Assembly: GCF_902713615.1 (NCBI RefSeq)
Contig: NC_052159.1
Coordinates: 4,972,018-5,036,017 of the forward strand
Length of the DNA stretch: 64,000 nucleotides
Source: Scyliorhinus canicula
Taxonomy: Eukaryota
Direction of reading: 5' to 3'
The position numbers were made by a program, and so were the translations under genes. The notes beneath the pieces are model-generated. The model saw only the letters and a program-made list of their open reading frames with translations. It made no database searches and was not told where the DNA came from. Below, one piece after another: positions 37,801 to 50,388 of the stretch. Numbering within the stretch: the stretch's first letter is position 1; every line of letters starts with the position of its first letter.

Positions 37801-39050
37801 CAACTCCTCAAGTAATGAAGCAGTCCATGTCCAAATGCAGCAAGACCTGGACAATATCCAGGCTTGGACAGAAAAGTGGCCAGTTACATTTGCACCACAC
37901 ATCAATGCCAGGCAATGACCATCTCCTACAAGCCAGGATCTAACTACCACCCCTGGACATTTAATGGCATTACCATCGCTGAACCCCCACAATCAACATC
38001 TTGGAGGGTTACCATTGATCAGAAACTGAACTGGACTAGCCATAATTAGTACTGTAGCTACCAGAGCAGATCAAAGGCTAGTATTACAATGGTGGGTAAC
38101 TCGGCTCCTGACCCCCCCACCCCCCCAAAGCCTGTACACCATCTACAAGGTACAAGTCAGGAGTGTAATGAAAATTGCTTATTGTCACAAGACAACGTCA
38201 AATGAAGTTACTGTGAAAAGACCCTAGTCGCCACATTCCGGCGCCTGTTCGGGGAGGCTGGTAAGGGAATTGAACCCGCGCTGCTGGCCTTATTCTGCTT
38301 TTATAAACCAGCTGTTTAGCCCACTGTGCTAAACCAGCCCCCGAGTACAGCTTAAACAACACTCAAGAAGCTCAACACCATCCAGGACAAAGCAGCCCCG
38401 CTTGATTGCTTCCCCCTTCCACAAACATTCACTCCCTCCACCACTGATGAACATCAGCAGCTGTGTACACCATCTATAAGATGCACTGCAGTAACTCACC
38501 ATGGCTCCTTAGACAGCAACTTCCAAAGCCACGACCACTACCATCAAGAAGTATACCTGGGAACCCAGGTATACTTCTCTGGGGGAATACCTACTTGCGG
38601 ATATTTACTGGTCTCTTGGGGGGGGGGGGGGGGAAAGAGAGAATCACATAGGATGCTAAACATGCAGAAAAAGGAGATGGCATATGGGAGAGCAGGATTA
38701 CCTCTAGCCCATCAGGAACCCAGCAGCAGGGATGCAGCAGGTATTTCAGAGTAAATAACTCCGCCCCCCCAAAGAACACCCAGCAGATACCTGGGAACCC
38801 CACCACCTGGAGGTTCCCTTCCAAGTCACTCACCACCCCGACTTGGAAATATATCACCGTTACTTCACTGTCACTGGGGCAACATCCTGGAACTCCCTTC
38901 CTAACAGCACAGTGGGTGTACCTACACCTCAGGGACTGCAGCGGTTCAAGAAGGCAGCTCACCACCACCTTCTGAAGGGCAACTAGGGATGGGCAAGAAA
39001 TGTTGGCCTAACCAGCAATGCCCACATCCCATAAATTAATTTAAGAAAGA
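34900..39050 (+). mobile_element. Nearly full-length degenerate CR1/L2-group LINE (EN + RT, no obvious ORF1) with four nested SINEs
   Basis: QPDMVILTESYL, RQDR..GGTVVY and GDFNVHHQEWL (EN); PQGSVLAPTIFSYFINDL and MFADDCT (RT); SINEs at ~35575-35800, 36210-36393, 37153-37378 and 38168-38342. Confidence 0.75.
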
Positions 39051-40389
39051 CACAATTGGCCAAAGGGCCTCTTTTTGTGCTGTAAACTCAATGATATGAA
39101 TACCACCCCACCACATTCCCTGCAACCTTTTCTCAGTAACGTCTCCTGGGAGAGTCGAAAACTCAGATTTGAAATACCCGAGGCCAAGTGAAGGGTAAAA
39201 GCAACCCGATGAACGATTGTACCTACTCACTGTAAGATACAAAGTGTCCCATCCATACACTGACCCAATGCTCTCTGGAAGGCATACAGTGAATCATTGC
39301 TCACCACATATCATTTGTTTTCCCTTTACAAATGATATTCCTGCCGTGTCCTGATGAGTGCAAGTCAAAAAGCTTCGACATGTCTTTTCCAACAATACTT
39401 TGAGTGGAGTCACTGTTGTAATGTTTGAAACGAGATGGTGAATTTGTACCCAGCAAGGTCCCACAAACTTTGGAGCAGGGTTCCCCCAGAGCCCAGCAGG
39501 CACCCGGGAGCAGGTTCGCCCTCCCCAAACAAGACCACAAACAACATGATAATGACCAGGTAATCTGTTTTTGTGATGTTGAATGAGGGATAAATATTGG
39601 CCCCAAGACGGTTGCGAAATCTTCTCATACCCTAATTCAAAACTGCATCATAGGATTATTTTTAGATATGTCTGAAAAGGTAGATTGGGGTCTGTGTATC
39701 TCATCTGCACAGCATCTCCCAACAACGCAGCTCTCTCTCTCAATACCGTGCTGCATTGTCAGACTGGTCTCCAAATCACAAGATTACGAGTTCAAAAATA
39801 CTGGCACCCGACACACCTTCACAGGAATGACTAGAGTTCGCACCCAGTCTCAAGTGACCATGCTAATGTGAAGATTTTAAACAGCAGCAAATGTGTAAAC
39901 AGTTATCTAAATGATTCAGTTACAGAAGTGTGGAAGTGAGTCTGTGTCTAATTTAAGATGTGGGGAGAGAATTACATAGGACGCTAAACATGCAGAAAAA
40001 GGAGATGGCATATGGGAGAGCAGGATTACCTCTAGCCCATCAGGAACCCAGGAGCAGGGATGCAGCAGGTATTTCAGAGTAAATAAAAATAACTCCGCCC
40101 CCCGCCCCCCCCCAAAGAGACCAGTAAATATCCACAAGTAGGTATTCCCACCTGAAGCCCAGCAGGTCCACAGGAGCAGAAATTCCCCGGAGCCCAGAGA
40201 ATAGGCATCTCTCCAGAGCACAGCAGGTACCAGAGAGCAGGGATCTCCCTGGAGACCAGGAGGTAACCGGGAGCAGGATTCCCCTGGAACCCAGGAGCAG
40301 GGATCTCCCCAGAACTCAGCAGCTCGCCGAGAGCAGGTATCTCCCCAGAGCCCAGCGCGTATTCAGGAGTGATCACCCAGAACCCAGGT

Positions 40390-42700
40390 GTCCGGGAGCA
40401 GGGATTCCCCCCGGGAGCAGGGATTCCCCCAGAGCCCAGGAGCAGGGATTCCCCCAGAGCCCAGGAGCAGGGATTCCCCCAGGAGCAGGGATTCCCCCGG
40501 AGCAGGGATTTCCCCCAGAGCCCGGGGAGCAGGGATTCCCCCAGGAGCAGGGATTTCCCCCAGAGCCCGGGGAGCAGGGATTCCCCCAGGAGCAGGGATT
40601 TCCCCCAGAGCCCGGGGAGCAGGGATTCCCCCAGGAGCAGGGATTTCCCCCAGAGCCCGGGGAGCAGGGATTCCCCCAGGAGCAGGGATTTCCCCCAGAG
40701 CCCGGGGAGCAGGGATTCCCCCAGGAGCAGGGATTCCCCCGGGAGCAGGGATTCCCCCAGAGCCCGGGAGCAGGGACTCCCCCGGGAGCAGGGATTCCCC
40801 CAGAGCCCGGGAGCAGGGACTCCCCCGGGAGCAGGGATTCCCCCAGAGCCCGGGAGCAGGGACTCCCCCGGGAGCAGGGATTCCCCCAGAGCCCGGGAGC
40901 AGGGATTCCCCCAGAGCCCGGGAGCAGGGATTCCCCCAGAGCCCGGGAGCAGGGATTCCCCCAGAGCCCGGGAGCAGGGATTCCCCCAGAGCCCGGGAGC
41001 AGGGATTCCCCCAGAGCCCGGGAGCAGGGATTCCCCCAGAGCCCGGGAGCAGGGATTCCCCCAGAGCCCGGGAGCAGGGATTCCCCCAGAGCCCGGGAGC
41101 AGGGATTCCCCCAGAGCCCGGGAGCAGGGATTCCCCCAGAGCCCGGGAGCAGGGATTCCCCCAGAGCCCGGGAGCAGGGATTCCCCCAGAGCCCGGGATT
41201 CCCCCAGAGCCCGGGAGCAGGGATTCCCCCAGAGCCCGGGAGCAGGGATTCCCCCAGAGCCCGGGAGCAGGGATTCCCCCAGAGCCCGGGAGCAGGGATT
41301 CCCCCAGAGCCCGGGAGCAGGGATTCCCCCAGAGCCCGGGAGCAGGGATTCCCCCAGAGCCCGGGAGCAGGGATTCCCCCAGAGCCCGGGAGCAGGGATT
41401 CCCCCAGAGCCCGGGAGCAGGGATTCCCCCAGAGCCCGGGAGCAGGGATTCCCCCCGAGCCCGGGAGCAGGGATTCCCCCAGAGCCCGGGAGCAGGGATT
41501 CCCCCAGAGCCCGGGAGCAGGGATTCCCCCAGAGCCCGGGTGCAGGGATTCCCCCAGAGCCCGGGTGCAGGGATTCCCCCAGAGCCCGGGAGCAGGGATT
41601 CCCCCAGAGCCCGGAGCAGGGGTTCCCCCAGACCCCGGGAGCAGGGATTCCCCCAGAGCCCGGGAGCAGGGATTCCCCCAGAGCCCGGGAGCAGGGATTC
41701 CCCCAGAGCCCGGGAGCAGGGATTCCCCCAGAGCCCGGGAGCAGGGATTCCCCCAGAGCCCGGGAGCAGGGATTCCCCCAGAGCCCGGGAGCAGGGATTC
41801 CCCCAGAGCCCGGGAGCAGGGATTCCCCCAGAGCCCGGGAGCAGGGATTCCCCCAGAGCCCGGGAGCAGGGATTCCCCCAGAGCCCGGGAGCAGGGATTC
41901 CCCCAGAGCCCGGGAGCAGGGATTCCCCCAGAGCCCGGGAGCAAGTTATTCCCCCAGAGCCCGGGAGCAAGTTATTCCCCCAGAGCCCGGGAGCAGGGAT
42001 TCCCCCGGGAGCAGGGATTCCCCCGGGAGCAGGGATTCCCCCGGGAGCAGGGATTCCCCCGGGAGCAGGGATTCCCCCGGGAGCAGGGATTCCCCCGGGA
42101 GCCGGGATTTCCCCCGGGAGCCGGGATTTCCCCCGGGAGCCGGGATTTCCCCCGGGAGCCGGGATTCCCCCCGGGAGCAGGGATTCCCCCCGGGAGCAGG
42201 GATTCCCCCAGGAGCCGGGATTCCCCCAGGAGCCGGGATTTCCCCCAGGAGCCGGGATTTCCCCCAGGAGCCGGGATTTCCCCCAGGAGCCGGGATTTCC
42301 CCCAGGAGCCGGGATTTCCCCCAGGAGCCGGGATTTCCCCCAGGAGCCGGGATTTCCCCCAGGAGCCGGGATTTCCCCCAGGAGCCGGGATTTCCCCCAG
42401 GAGCCGGGATTCCCCCAGGAGCAGGGATTCCCCCAGGAGCAGGGATTCCCCCAGGAGCAGGGATTCCCCCAGGAGCAGGGATTCCCCCAGGGGCAGGGAT
42501 TCCCCCGGAACCCAGGAGCAGAGATTCCCCCAGAGCCCAGGAGCAGGGATTCCCCCCAGAGCCCAGGAGCAGGGATTCCCCCAGAGCCCAGGAGCAGGGA
42601 TTCCCCCAGGAACAGGGATTTCCCCCAGAGCCCAGGAACAGGGACTCCCCCAGAGCCCAGGAACAGAGATTCCCCCAGAGCCCAGGAGCAGGGATTCCCC
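40390..42700. repeat. GC-rich minisatellite; main unit 25 bp GGGAGCAGGGATTCCCCCAGAGCCC, with 18/19-bp and composite variants
   Basis: Direct reading of tandem units; degenerate related flanks at 40040-40390 and 42700-42920. Confidence 0.97.
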
Positions 42701-43029
42701 CAGAACCCAGCATGTACCCGGGCACAGGGATGTCTCAGAACCCAGCAGGTAACCAAGATGAGGGATTCCACCCCCCCCCCCCCCCCCCCCCCCCGGATGC
42801 CCAGCATGTACGCGGGAGGAGGGATCACCCAGAACCCAGCAGGCACCTGGGAGCAGGGATTCCCCGGGAACCCAGCAAGTGCCCAGGAGCAGGGATTCTC
42901 TCGGAGCCCAGCAGGTACCTTAGAGAATCCAAAATAAGTTAAAAAGCAAGCACGTTAAATGCACGTTTCCCACTCCAGCAGCATTAGATGGAATCTCTTT
43001 GCCAGCATGTACTGTGAACAGGGAGTCAA

Positions 43030-45932
43030 ACTGGGATGTACTTTGAAAGTTTATTTACTTTTATTCCAGACAGGTTGAATTCAGCACATTTTTCTCAATA
43101 TTCCAGCCATACCCAATTCACACTTCCATCTGTTAAATGAGTGTTCGGGTGACATTCTCCTTTCCCTCGTCCCACCTATCCACAGTTTCTCCTGCAAACT
43201 AGCTGTTTGGGGAGGGAGGTGTGATTCAGTTCCACAGGCTCTGTACCTCACTTCAGTGGTTGTTTAATGTACAAAGTGAGTGCCAACCACAGTCAATCCC
43301 AAACCCATCTTCACCCCGCACAGTCACCAGATAGGCACCAGGAAACATCCCAATACATGATTGTCCCCTAAGCTGCGAGAACAATTGTCCAAGTCCCATT
43401 GGCCACACCAGCTGCAGCTCCCGGAGGTACTACATCTCCTGAGAAACCCAACAGTCACAATTTTTATTTTCTTTAAAAGGAGGAAGAGACAGGCAATTAT
43501 AAATGACAAGGTGTTTGCAAAAAGGGTTCACCAGGGGTTCTGCACAAGGTCAAATCGGATTTTATTCCCTAGTTTTTAAAAAAAAAAATCACACCATTCC
43601 ATCATGAAATTGATTGAGATACCAGGAGATTTAACTGCATGACCCACTGTATTTCAGACTGGCAATAGCCACACCGTTAAACTGAACACAGGCAGAGAAC
43701 AAAACATGCCCAAAACACTTGATACGGACAGACCTGTGGAGGTCAGTTAAACGACAATCGAGTTCCTCAGTTAGAGGAAACAGATTAAAAGGCTGGAAAT
43801 TAAAAGGAAGGCTGAGAATATGGAGTGTGTCAGGTTCAGGAGAGAGAGAGAAAACAACCTTTAGCAAAAATCTGTCACTTGAATCTGCATACATCTAAAC
43901 TGTTAACCCAATTCTACAACTGCATTCGATCCTGCAGGAAGTGACAAAGTAGAGGCAGAGTTAATTCAAACAGCTTTCAGCCCGTACCTTGGCATGGATT
44001 TTTTAAAAAGACATGGTCACTCCAGCGAAGAGGCTGGAACTTCACACTCCCTCCCCACCCTCACTGCCAGCTGTTTCAGAGAGCTGACAGTATCTGTGAA
44101 ATAGTAACAGTGCAACCAAAATCATACACACAAAACCCAGGGAAAAGCTGTGTCACCAACAGTTTGGATCCCATGTCAACTGCTGAGGAAAATGCTGGAT
44201 TTTCAACCAGTCTGTGGAAATCAAAGGGGAAAATTAAAATCAAAACAATTTGTACTCAGTGATCAGGTGTACATCGTGAAATAGGAAGTGCTGAGTAAAT
44301 AGGATAGGGGACAAAGTATTTAGGTACTGGTACAAATCCCATTCAGTGGCTCGTTATCGGGGGGGGGGGGGGGGGGGGGGGGGGGATGAGATTTGGAAAT
44401 GAGAAACAAGAAACATCAATCAATTTAATTCTCTATTCTTCTTCTCCATGTATTGAGATTTCCTTCCACTCAAATTCTGATAATGGATTGAAATAACTCA
44501 GACAGGGGATAAATACAGTAAATTAAACCAAACCCTTTCCAGAGCAGTGGATAGAGACACAACAAAGTCCAGTTTCTGGATCGCAGAAAAGATCCCCCTC
44601 CAACTAAATGAAAAATGAATGTTAAAATGATAACAGATAGGAAAGGGAACCTCAAATCTCTCGGCTACCAAGCAGATGTGTTGTGGGGGGTTGAACATAC
44701 GCCACTGTATCAGGATATTTTAAAACTCTGAGCCCAAGACAATTTATGGTCATTTTATCAAATTCAGATTCACAGCTAATTAGTGACTAAGTGAGATTAT
44801 GTGATTGAGGAATGTGGTCTTCACACACAGATTTGTATAGAGTGTTCTGCATCCACATCTATGCCAGTTACTGCTACCGGGACTTTAGGGAGGACAAACA
44901 ATTGCAGGTGAGTAACTAATTCCACCTTCAGAGCAATGCTAGCAGTTCAGCTTTCGCGATCCTGCCGAGATGACTTTGCAAAGCTCTGGGATGAGGTTTA
45001 GGTGGCGATAAATTAACAGAACATGTTCATTATGGAAACCGCTGCCCACTAACCAATACCATCTCTGTACAATTCTGCCCCTCCCAAGGTATGTGCAGTG
45101 GCCCCTGGCAGAGGGGGGGGGGGGGGGGGGGGGGGCTCACAAATGTGCAATTCAATTTCCATTACTTACCCCACGTCCAAACCAAAATAAATAGAATAGC
45201 AGGCACCCTGGGCAGTGCTGGGGCAATTTACACTAACTGACAACCATTGCATTCAAACGTGTCCCCAACACACTGTTTCCTTTGAGCAACCGAGGAAGAG
45301 GAGGGGTGGTAATAGCAGACAGGTTAACTTGAGTGCTAAGACTGTGTCAGTACAGCAACAACCCGCAGCAGCTCAACAACCCGATCACGACAACACTCAG
45401 AACCTGCTCACACTCCAGAGACAGACCATTAAAAAATGAAAATTAACGACAAACATAGTCAAGGGTCTCTTTCCAGAAACACAATTAGAAATTAAATAAA
45501 GTAGAAGCTAAACACAGGGAATAAATGGATATCTCATGACAGAAGGATGTGTCTCTGGGAGCAACAAATGTTAATTTTGTCAGGCATAATATTTAATAAA
45601 ATAAATTCCCACTATCGCTCAGGGTAAATAATGTACAGTTAGTTGCTAAATAGGGGAAAACAAATGAAAGTGTTTAAAAGCAGGTGAAGTATGTTTCACA
45701 AAGTCTCCCAGGTCATAAACCACCTAAAGCTTTAACTCAAAAAAAAAAACACATGGCAATCTAGAAAAATCAAATCAGGTAAATATACAGCACAAGAAGC
45801 TTAATTTAAAAAATAGGCGTGATTTACGGGAGCAGACACCCACTGGCATGGAGGTGTCTCTACATCTCTCTGTGGATAGTTAGTCCCAATGTTAAAGTCT
45901 TCGGAGAATGGGTTCCGATGCAGGTGGAGGGG
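43030..45932 (-). other. LAMTOR1: Probable long 3' UTR of LAMTOR1
   Basis: ~2.9 kb with no recognisable TE after the stop codon; two minus-strand AATAAA (plus-strand TTTATT at ~43050 and ~43060); end point inferred. Confidence 0.5.
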
Positions 45933-46025
45933 TCAGGGAATCGCAAACTGCACTACAAGTTCTTCCTTGGCATCCACTTTGATCTGGGAAAGAGCACTTG
46001 ATGCGTAAGCAGCGATTTTAGTGAC
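45933..46025 (-). CDS. LAMTOR1: LAMTOR1 last coding exon ([30 protein letters not shown])
   Basis: Acceptor TTTCTCTTGTCTCAG; matches the Ragulator p18 C-terminus [30 protein letters not shown]. Confidence 0.97.
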   Translation of the reverse strand, partial: VTKIAAYASSALSQIKVDAKEELVVQFAIP

Positions 46026-46606
46026 CTGAGACAAGAGAAACAAACACTGTTGAACATATCCACAAACGCCTCCATCCAGATTTTATTTTGAAAATAGAAA
46101 CAGGCTGTACAAGTGGCATAAATCCCAGGCAGAATGGAGATGATTGGTCAATTCACTCCTTGACCAACTGCAAAAAGTGACAGACTAATTTTAACACATC
46201 AACAGCACTGGCCTTAGCCATCCTCCCCCCCTCCCCTTTCCCAGGCTCGGCCCTCCTCCATTCCTTCCCCTTCCAGCTCAGTCACCGTCCCCCCCCGCCC
46301 CCGGCCATCCTCCACAACACCCGCCATCAGCCAAAAAAACAGCCCTCAGCTATTCCAAGTGCACAAAGATCATCACTTGTCCATTAAATCATTCCATTGA
46401 GGAAGAACAAGTCACCCAATCTCTCTCCAGCCCACCCAGTGCCCAGTAGGAGACAGCGGCTCCTCTGCAAACCTCGGCCACCCGCTGGTGTCTCAACATT
46501 ATTTTACAGCCAGGAATTGAAAGGGTTAGTAGATTAAGATAACCAACCTACTAGTCATCTCCCAACACCTTGCCACTGGTGCCAAGGAGAGAGCAGTACC
46601 ACATAC

Positions 46607-46730
46607 CTGCTGGATGTCTGAAGGGGGCACGGGTTCACTGGCCAATACTTGGTGTGGTTGGCTGGTCAACGTTGGCAGGGAAGTGACCCGCTTGCATTGC
46701 GTCGAACCGCTGATCATTGCTAACCTCGTG
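46607..46730 (-). CDS. LAMTOR1: LAMTOR1 penultimate exon ([42 protein letters not shown])
   Basis: Acceptor TTTTCATCAG, donor CAG|GTATGT; [13 protein letters not shown] motif. Confidence 0.96.
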
Positions 46731-47139
46731 CTGATGAAAAGAACCAAGGCACAACGTTACAACCCATCTCAGCATAGAGCCACCCATAACCTTGTGACCC
46801 ATTCTCCCATCGTGTATGCATTCAATTCCTTTGAGAAAGTTACTATTGAATCTGCTTCAACTGCCTTTAAGGCAGTGTGTTCCAGATCATAACCCGTTAC
46901 ATTCAAAATAAAAGCCCCATTCTTCTGATTATTTAGCCAATTCCAGTCATTAGGCAGGCCACAGTGAAAAATCAGTATTCTGGAGTTTAAATAACTTTTC
47001 TTTAAAAACTCGTGGGATATGGGTTTTACTGATTAGATCAGCATTTATTGCCGATCCCTAATTGCTGTTGAAAAGGTGATGATGAGCTGCCTTCTTGAAC
47101 CGCTGGAGTCCAAGTGGCGATGGAGTAAGTACGATAGGC

Positions 47140-50100
47140 AGAAATGATCTTGGATTGGAAGACGCAGAGGTAAGAGATGCCAAGAGGAAGATGGCACTGG
47201 TGGGAGTAGTCTATAGGCCCTCTAACATTAGTTGCACTGTAGAATAGAGAATAAATCAGGAGATAATAAAGGCATGTAAATAAAGGCATACTGGGTGACT
47301 TTAACCTTTATGTAGATGAGGAAAACCAAATTGGCAGAGGTAGCTATGGGGACGAATTCGGGAGTATACGGAGCAGTTTCCTGCTATTTTGGATTTGGTA
47401 ATGTGCAATGAGGCAGGTTTAATAAAATATCTCAGAGTAAAAGATCCCCGAGGAAGCAGTAACCATAACATGGTAGAGTTTAGCATTCAATTTGAGAGTG
47501 ATAAACTTGGGTCAGAAACAAATGAGCTAAATTTAAATAAGGGTAATTATAGAAATGAGGGCAGAGTTGGCTGGAGTGGACTGGCGAAGGAGTTTAGCAG
47601 GAAAGATGGTTGATCAGCAGTGGCAAACGTTTAAGAAAATAGTTCATGACTCTCAACAAAATATATCCCAGTGAGGTGGCACAAGGGGCGGCACAGTGGT
47701 TAGCAATCTTGCCTCACAGCTCCAGGCTCCCGGGATCAATTCCGTCCTGAGTGGAGTTCGCACTTTCCCACCATGTCTGCGTGGGTTTCCTCCGGATGCT
47801 CCGGTTTCCTCCCACAGTCCAAAGATGTGCAGGTTGGGTGGATTGGCCATGCTAAAATTTCCCCTTAGAGCAGTGTTCTTCAAAGTCAGGGGCGCAACCC
47901 GCGGGTGTTGGGAGGGTCGCGGAGCCGTTGTCCGCGGCGCTCCTGATAACGCAAATCCACGCGCAGCAGCCGGCTTTTCATAACACCGGCTGAAAGCGGC
48001 CGCGAACATGTTAAAAAAAAAATTTGCCGCATGGGCATTCCGCAAACATGTAAAAAAATTTTGGCCGCACTGCGTGTGTGCCCAATTTGCAGTGTGGCCG
48101 CTATTTTTTTTTTTTTGAAACGGTTGCAGCTTTGTTTTACAAGTTCTGTAGTGGTTTTCATTCATTTATTTTATTATTTTTTTTTACAAGTTCGGGGGGG
48201 GGGGGGGTTTATTTGATAAAATTTTACAGGAAAAAAATTTTGAACTTTGGACAGATGGAGACTCCATACTTTCCGACACCGGAAGGCTTCACCTTCATCC
48301 AACAGGTTCCATTGGAGGAGCGTGTACGAGGACCAAAGGGACCTAAAACCATTTCCTCCATTTTTGTCAGCAGCAAACAAGGTAAGAGAAGATGGTGGGT
48401 CGCTCAGGTCGGCCGGCGTGGGCCCCGAAGGTTGGCCGGTTGGTAAAAATGGGTCCCCAGAAAAAAAGTTTGAGGTACACTGCGTTAGAGTCCAATAAAG
48501 GTTAGGTGTGGTTACTGGGTTACCGGGATAGGGTGGAGGTGTGGGCTAAGTAGGTTGCTCTTTCCAAGGGCCGGTGCAGTCTCGATGGGCCAAATGGCCA
48601 CCTTCTGCACAGTAAATTCTATGGTTCTAGGTCGGCAGCATGGTGCCGCAGTGGTTAGCACTGCTGCTTCACAACGACAAGTATCCAGGTTCGATCCCGA
48701 CCCCGGGTCATTGTCCGTGTCGAGTTTGCACATTTTCCCCTTGCCCACGTGGGTCTCACCCCCACAACCCAAAGATGTGCAGGGTAGGTGGATTGGCCAC
48801 GCTAAATTGCCCTTTAATTGGGAAAAAATAATTGGGTACTCTGAATTAATTTTTTAAAAAGATCAGTGACAAACCAGAGGACTGGGAACATTTAAATCAA
48901 CAGAAGATGATCAAAAAATTAAGATAAACTATGAGGATAAACTAGCAATAGAAAAACAGACAGAAAGAGCCTCTTTAAATATATAAAAGAGAGCGAGGAT
49001 AAGTGAACATTAGGCCACTTAGCAAATGAGACTGGGGAAATTATAATGGGGAACCAGAAAATGGCATAGGAGTTAAAAAAATATTTTGTGGCAGCATTCA
49101 CGGTGGAAGACATTTAATAACATCCCAAAAATAAAATAAAGGGGGTGGGGGGAATAAATACAATAATGAAGCTACTGGGGCTAAAGGGACATCCCCTCGA
49201 TCTGATGGATGGAATCCCGGATATTTAAGGAAGTAGCTACAGATATAGTGGGTGCACTGGTAGAAATCTTCCAAGAGTCCTTAAATTCTGGAAAAGCCCC
49301 AGAAGATTAGAAAACTGCCAATGTAGCACCTTTATTCAAAAAAAAGGAGGAGATAAAAAAAAACAGCTAGAGACCAGTTAGCTTCTGTCATTGGGAAAAT
49401 ATAAAGGATGGAATAGCAGGGCATTTAGAGTCAGCATGGCTTAATGAAGGGGAAATCATGTCTGACAAATGTATTATAATTCTGTGGTAACGAGCAGAGT
49501 AGATGAAGGGGAATATAACTGGATTTCCAATAAGGTGCCACACAAAAGGCTGCTCAAGATAAGAGCCCATGGCGTTGGGGGGTAATATATTAGAATGGGT
49601 AGAGGATTGGCTAACTGGTAGAAGACAGAGTTGGGATAGGAGGGGCATTTTCAACATGGCAATCTGTAACTAGTGCCACAGGACCTGTGCTGGGACCACA
49701 ATTATTTACTATTGTTATTTTCTTGGATGAAAGAAGAGAAAGTCCTATTCCCAAGTTCGTGAATAACACAAAAATAGGCGAGAAGGCAAGTGGTAAGGAT
49801 AACAAAGAGTCTACAGAGAAATATAGGTTAGGTGAGTGGGCAAAGATGTGGCAGACGGAATATAATGTAGGGAAATGTGAAGTTGTGCCCTTTGGTAGGA
49901 AGAATAAAGGAGCTGAATATTATTTAAATGGAGACAGACTGCAGAAAACCGCAGCATAGAGGGATCTGGGGTCCTCATGTATAAATCACACAAAGCGAGC
50001 CTGCAGGTTCAGAAGTTAATTGGGAAGGCAAATGGAAGCTGGTCTTTATTTCAAAAGAAATGGAGTTTAAAAATAGGGAAATCTTGCTGAAACTATAAAG

Positions 50101-50388
50101 AGCACCAGTTAGACCATACCTGGAATTTTTAGCTAAGGGAATATATACCGGCATTGGAGGCTGTCCAGAAAAGGTTCACTCGGCTAATCCCAGGTGTGGA
50201 GGGATTTTCTTATGAGGAGAGGTAGAGTTGGTTGGGCCAGTACTCATTGGAGTTTGAAAGAATGAGACATGACCTTATTGAGTCATTTCAGATTCTCAGG
50301 GGACTTGACAGGGTAAATGCAGAGAGAATGTTTCCCTTTGTGGGAGATTCTAGTTCCAGAGGGCATCATCTCAGAGGAAGGGGTCACC
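47140..50388 (+). mobile_element. Old degenerate CR1 LINE (EN-RT) with nested V-SINEs and a hAT MITE; truncated at the 27-bp array
   Basis: DLVMCNE..SNHNMVEF, LGPQLFT, EYNVGKCEV and YSLEFERMRHDLIE remnants. Confidence 0.75.
47871..48482. mobile_element. Non-autonomous hAT (Charlie-like) DNA transposon inserted in a V-SINE
   Basis: TIRs CAGTGTTCTTCAAA / TTTGAGGTACACTG; 8-bp TSD CCTTAGAG (47863-47870) and CGTTAGAG (48483-48490). Confidence 0.85.

Noticed and set aside
40363-42942. Very long ORFs (827-857 aa) on both strands
   Set aside because: Stop-free translations of the 25/18/19-bp minisatellite in several frames; no domain, splice or start context
34505-45932. TOMT exons / LRTOMT read-through
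   Set aside because: No catechol-O-methyltransferase-like peptide recognised in the window; by synteny TOMT would lie beyond the LAMTOR1 5' end
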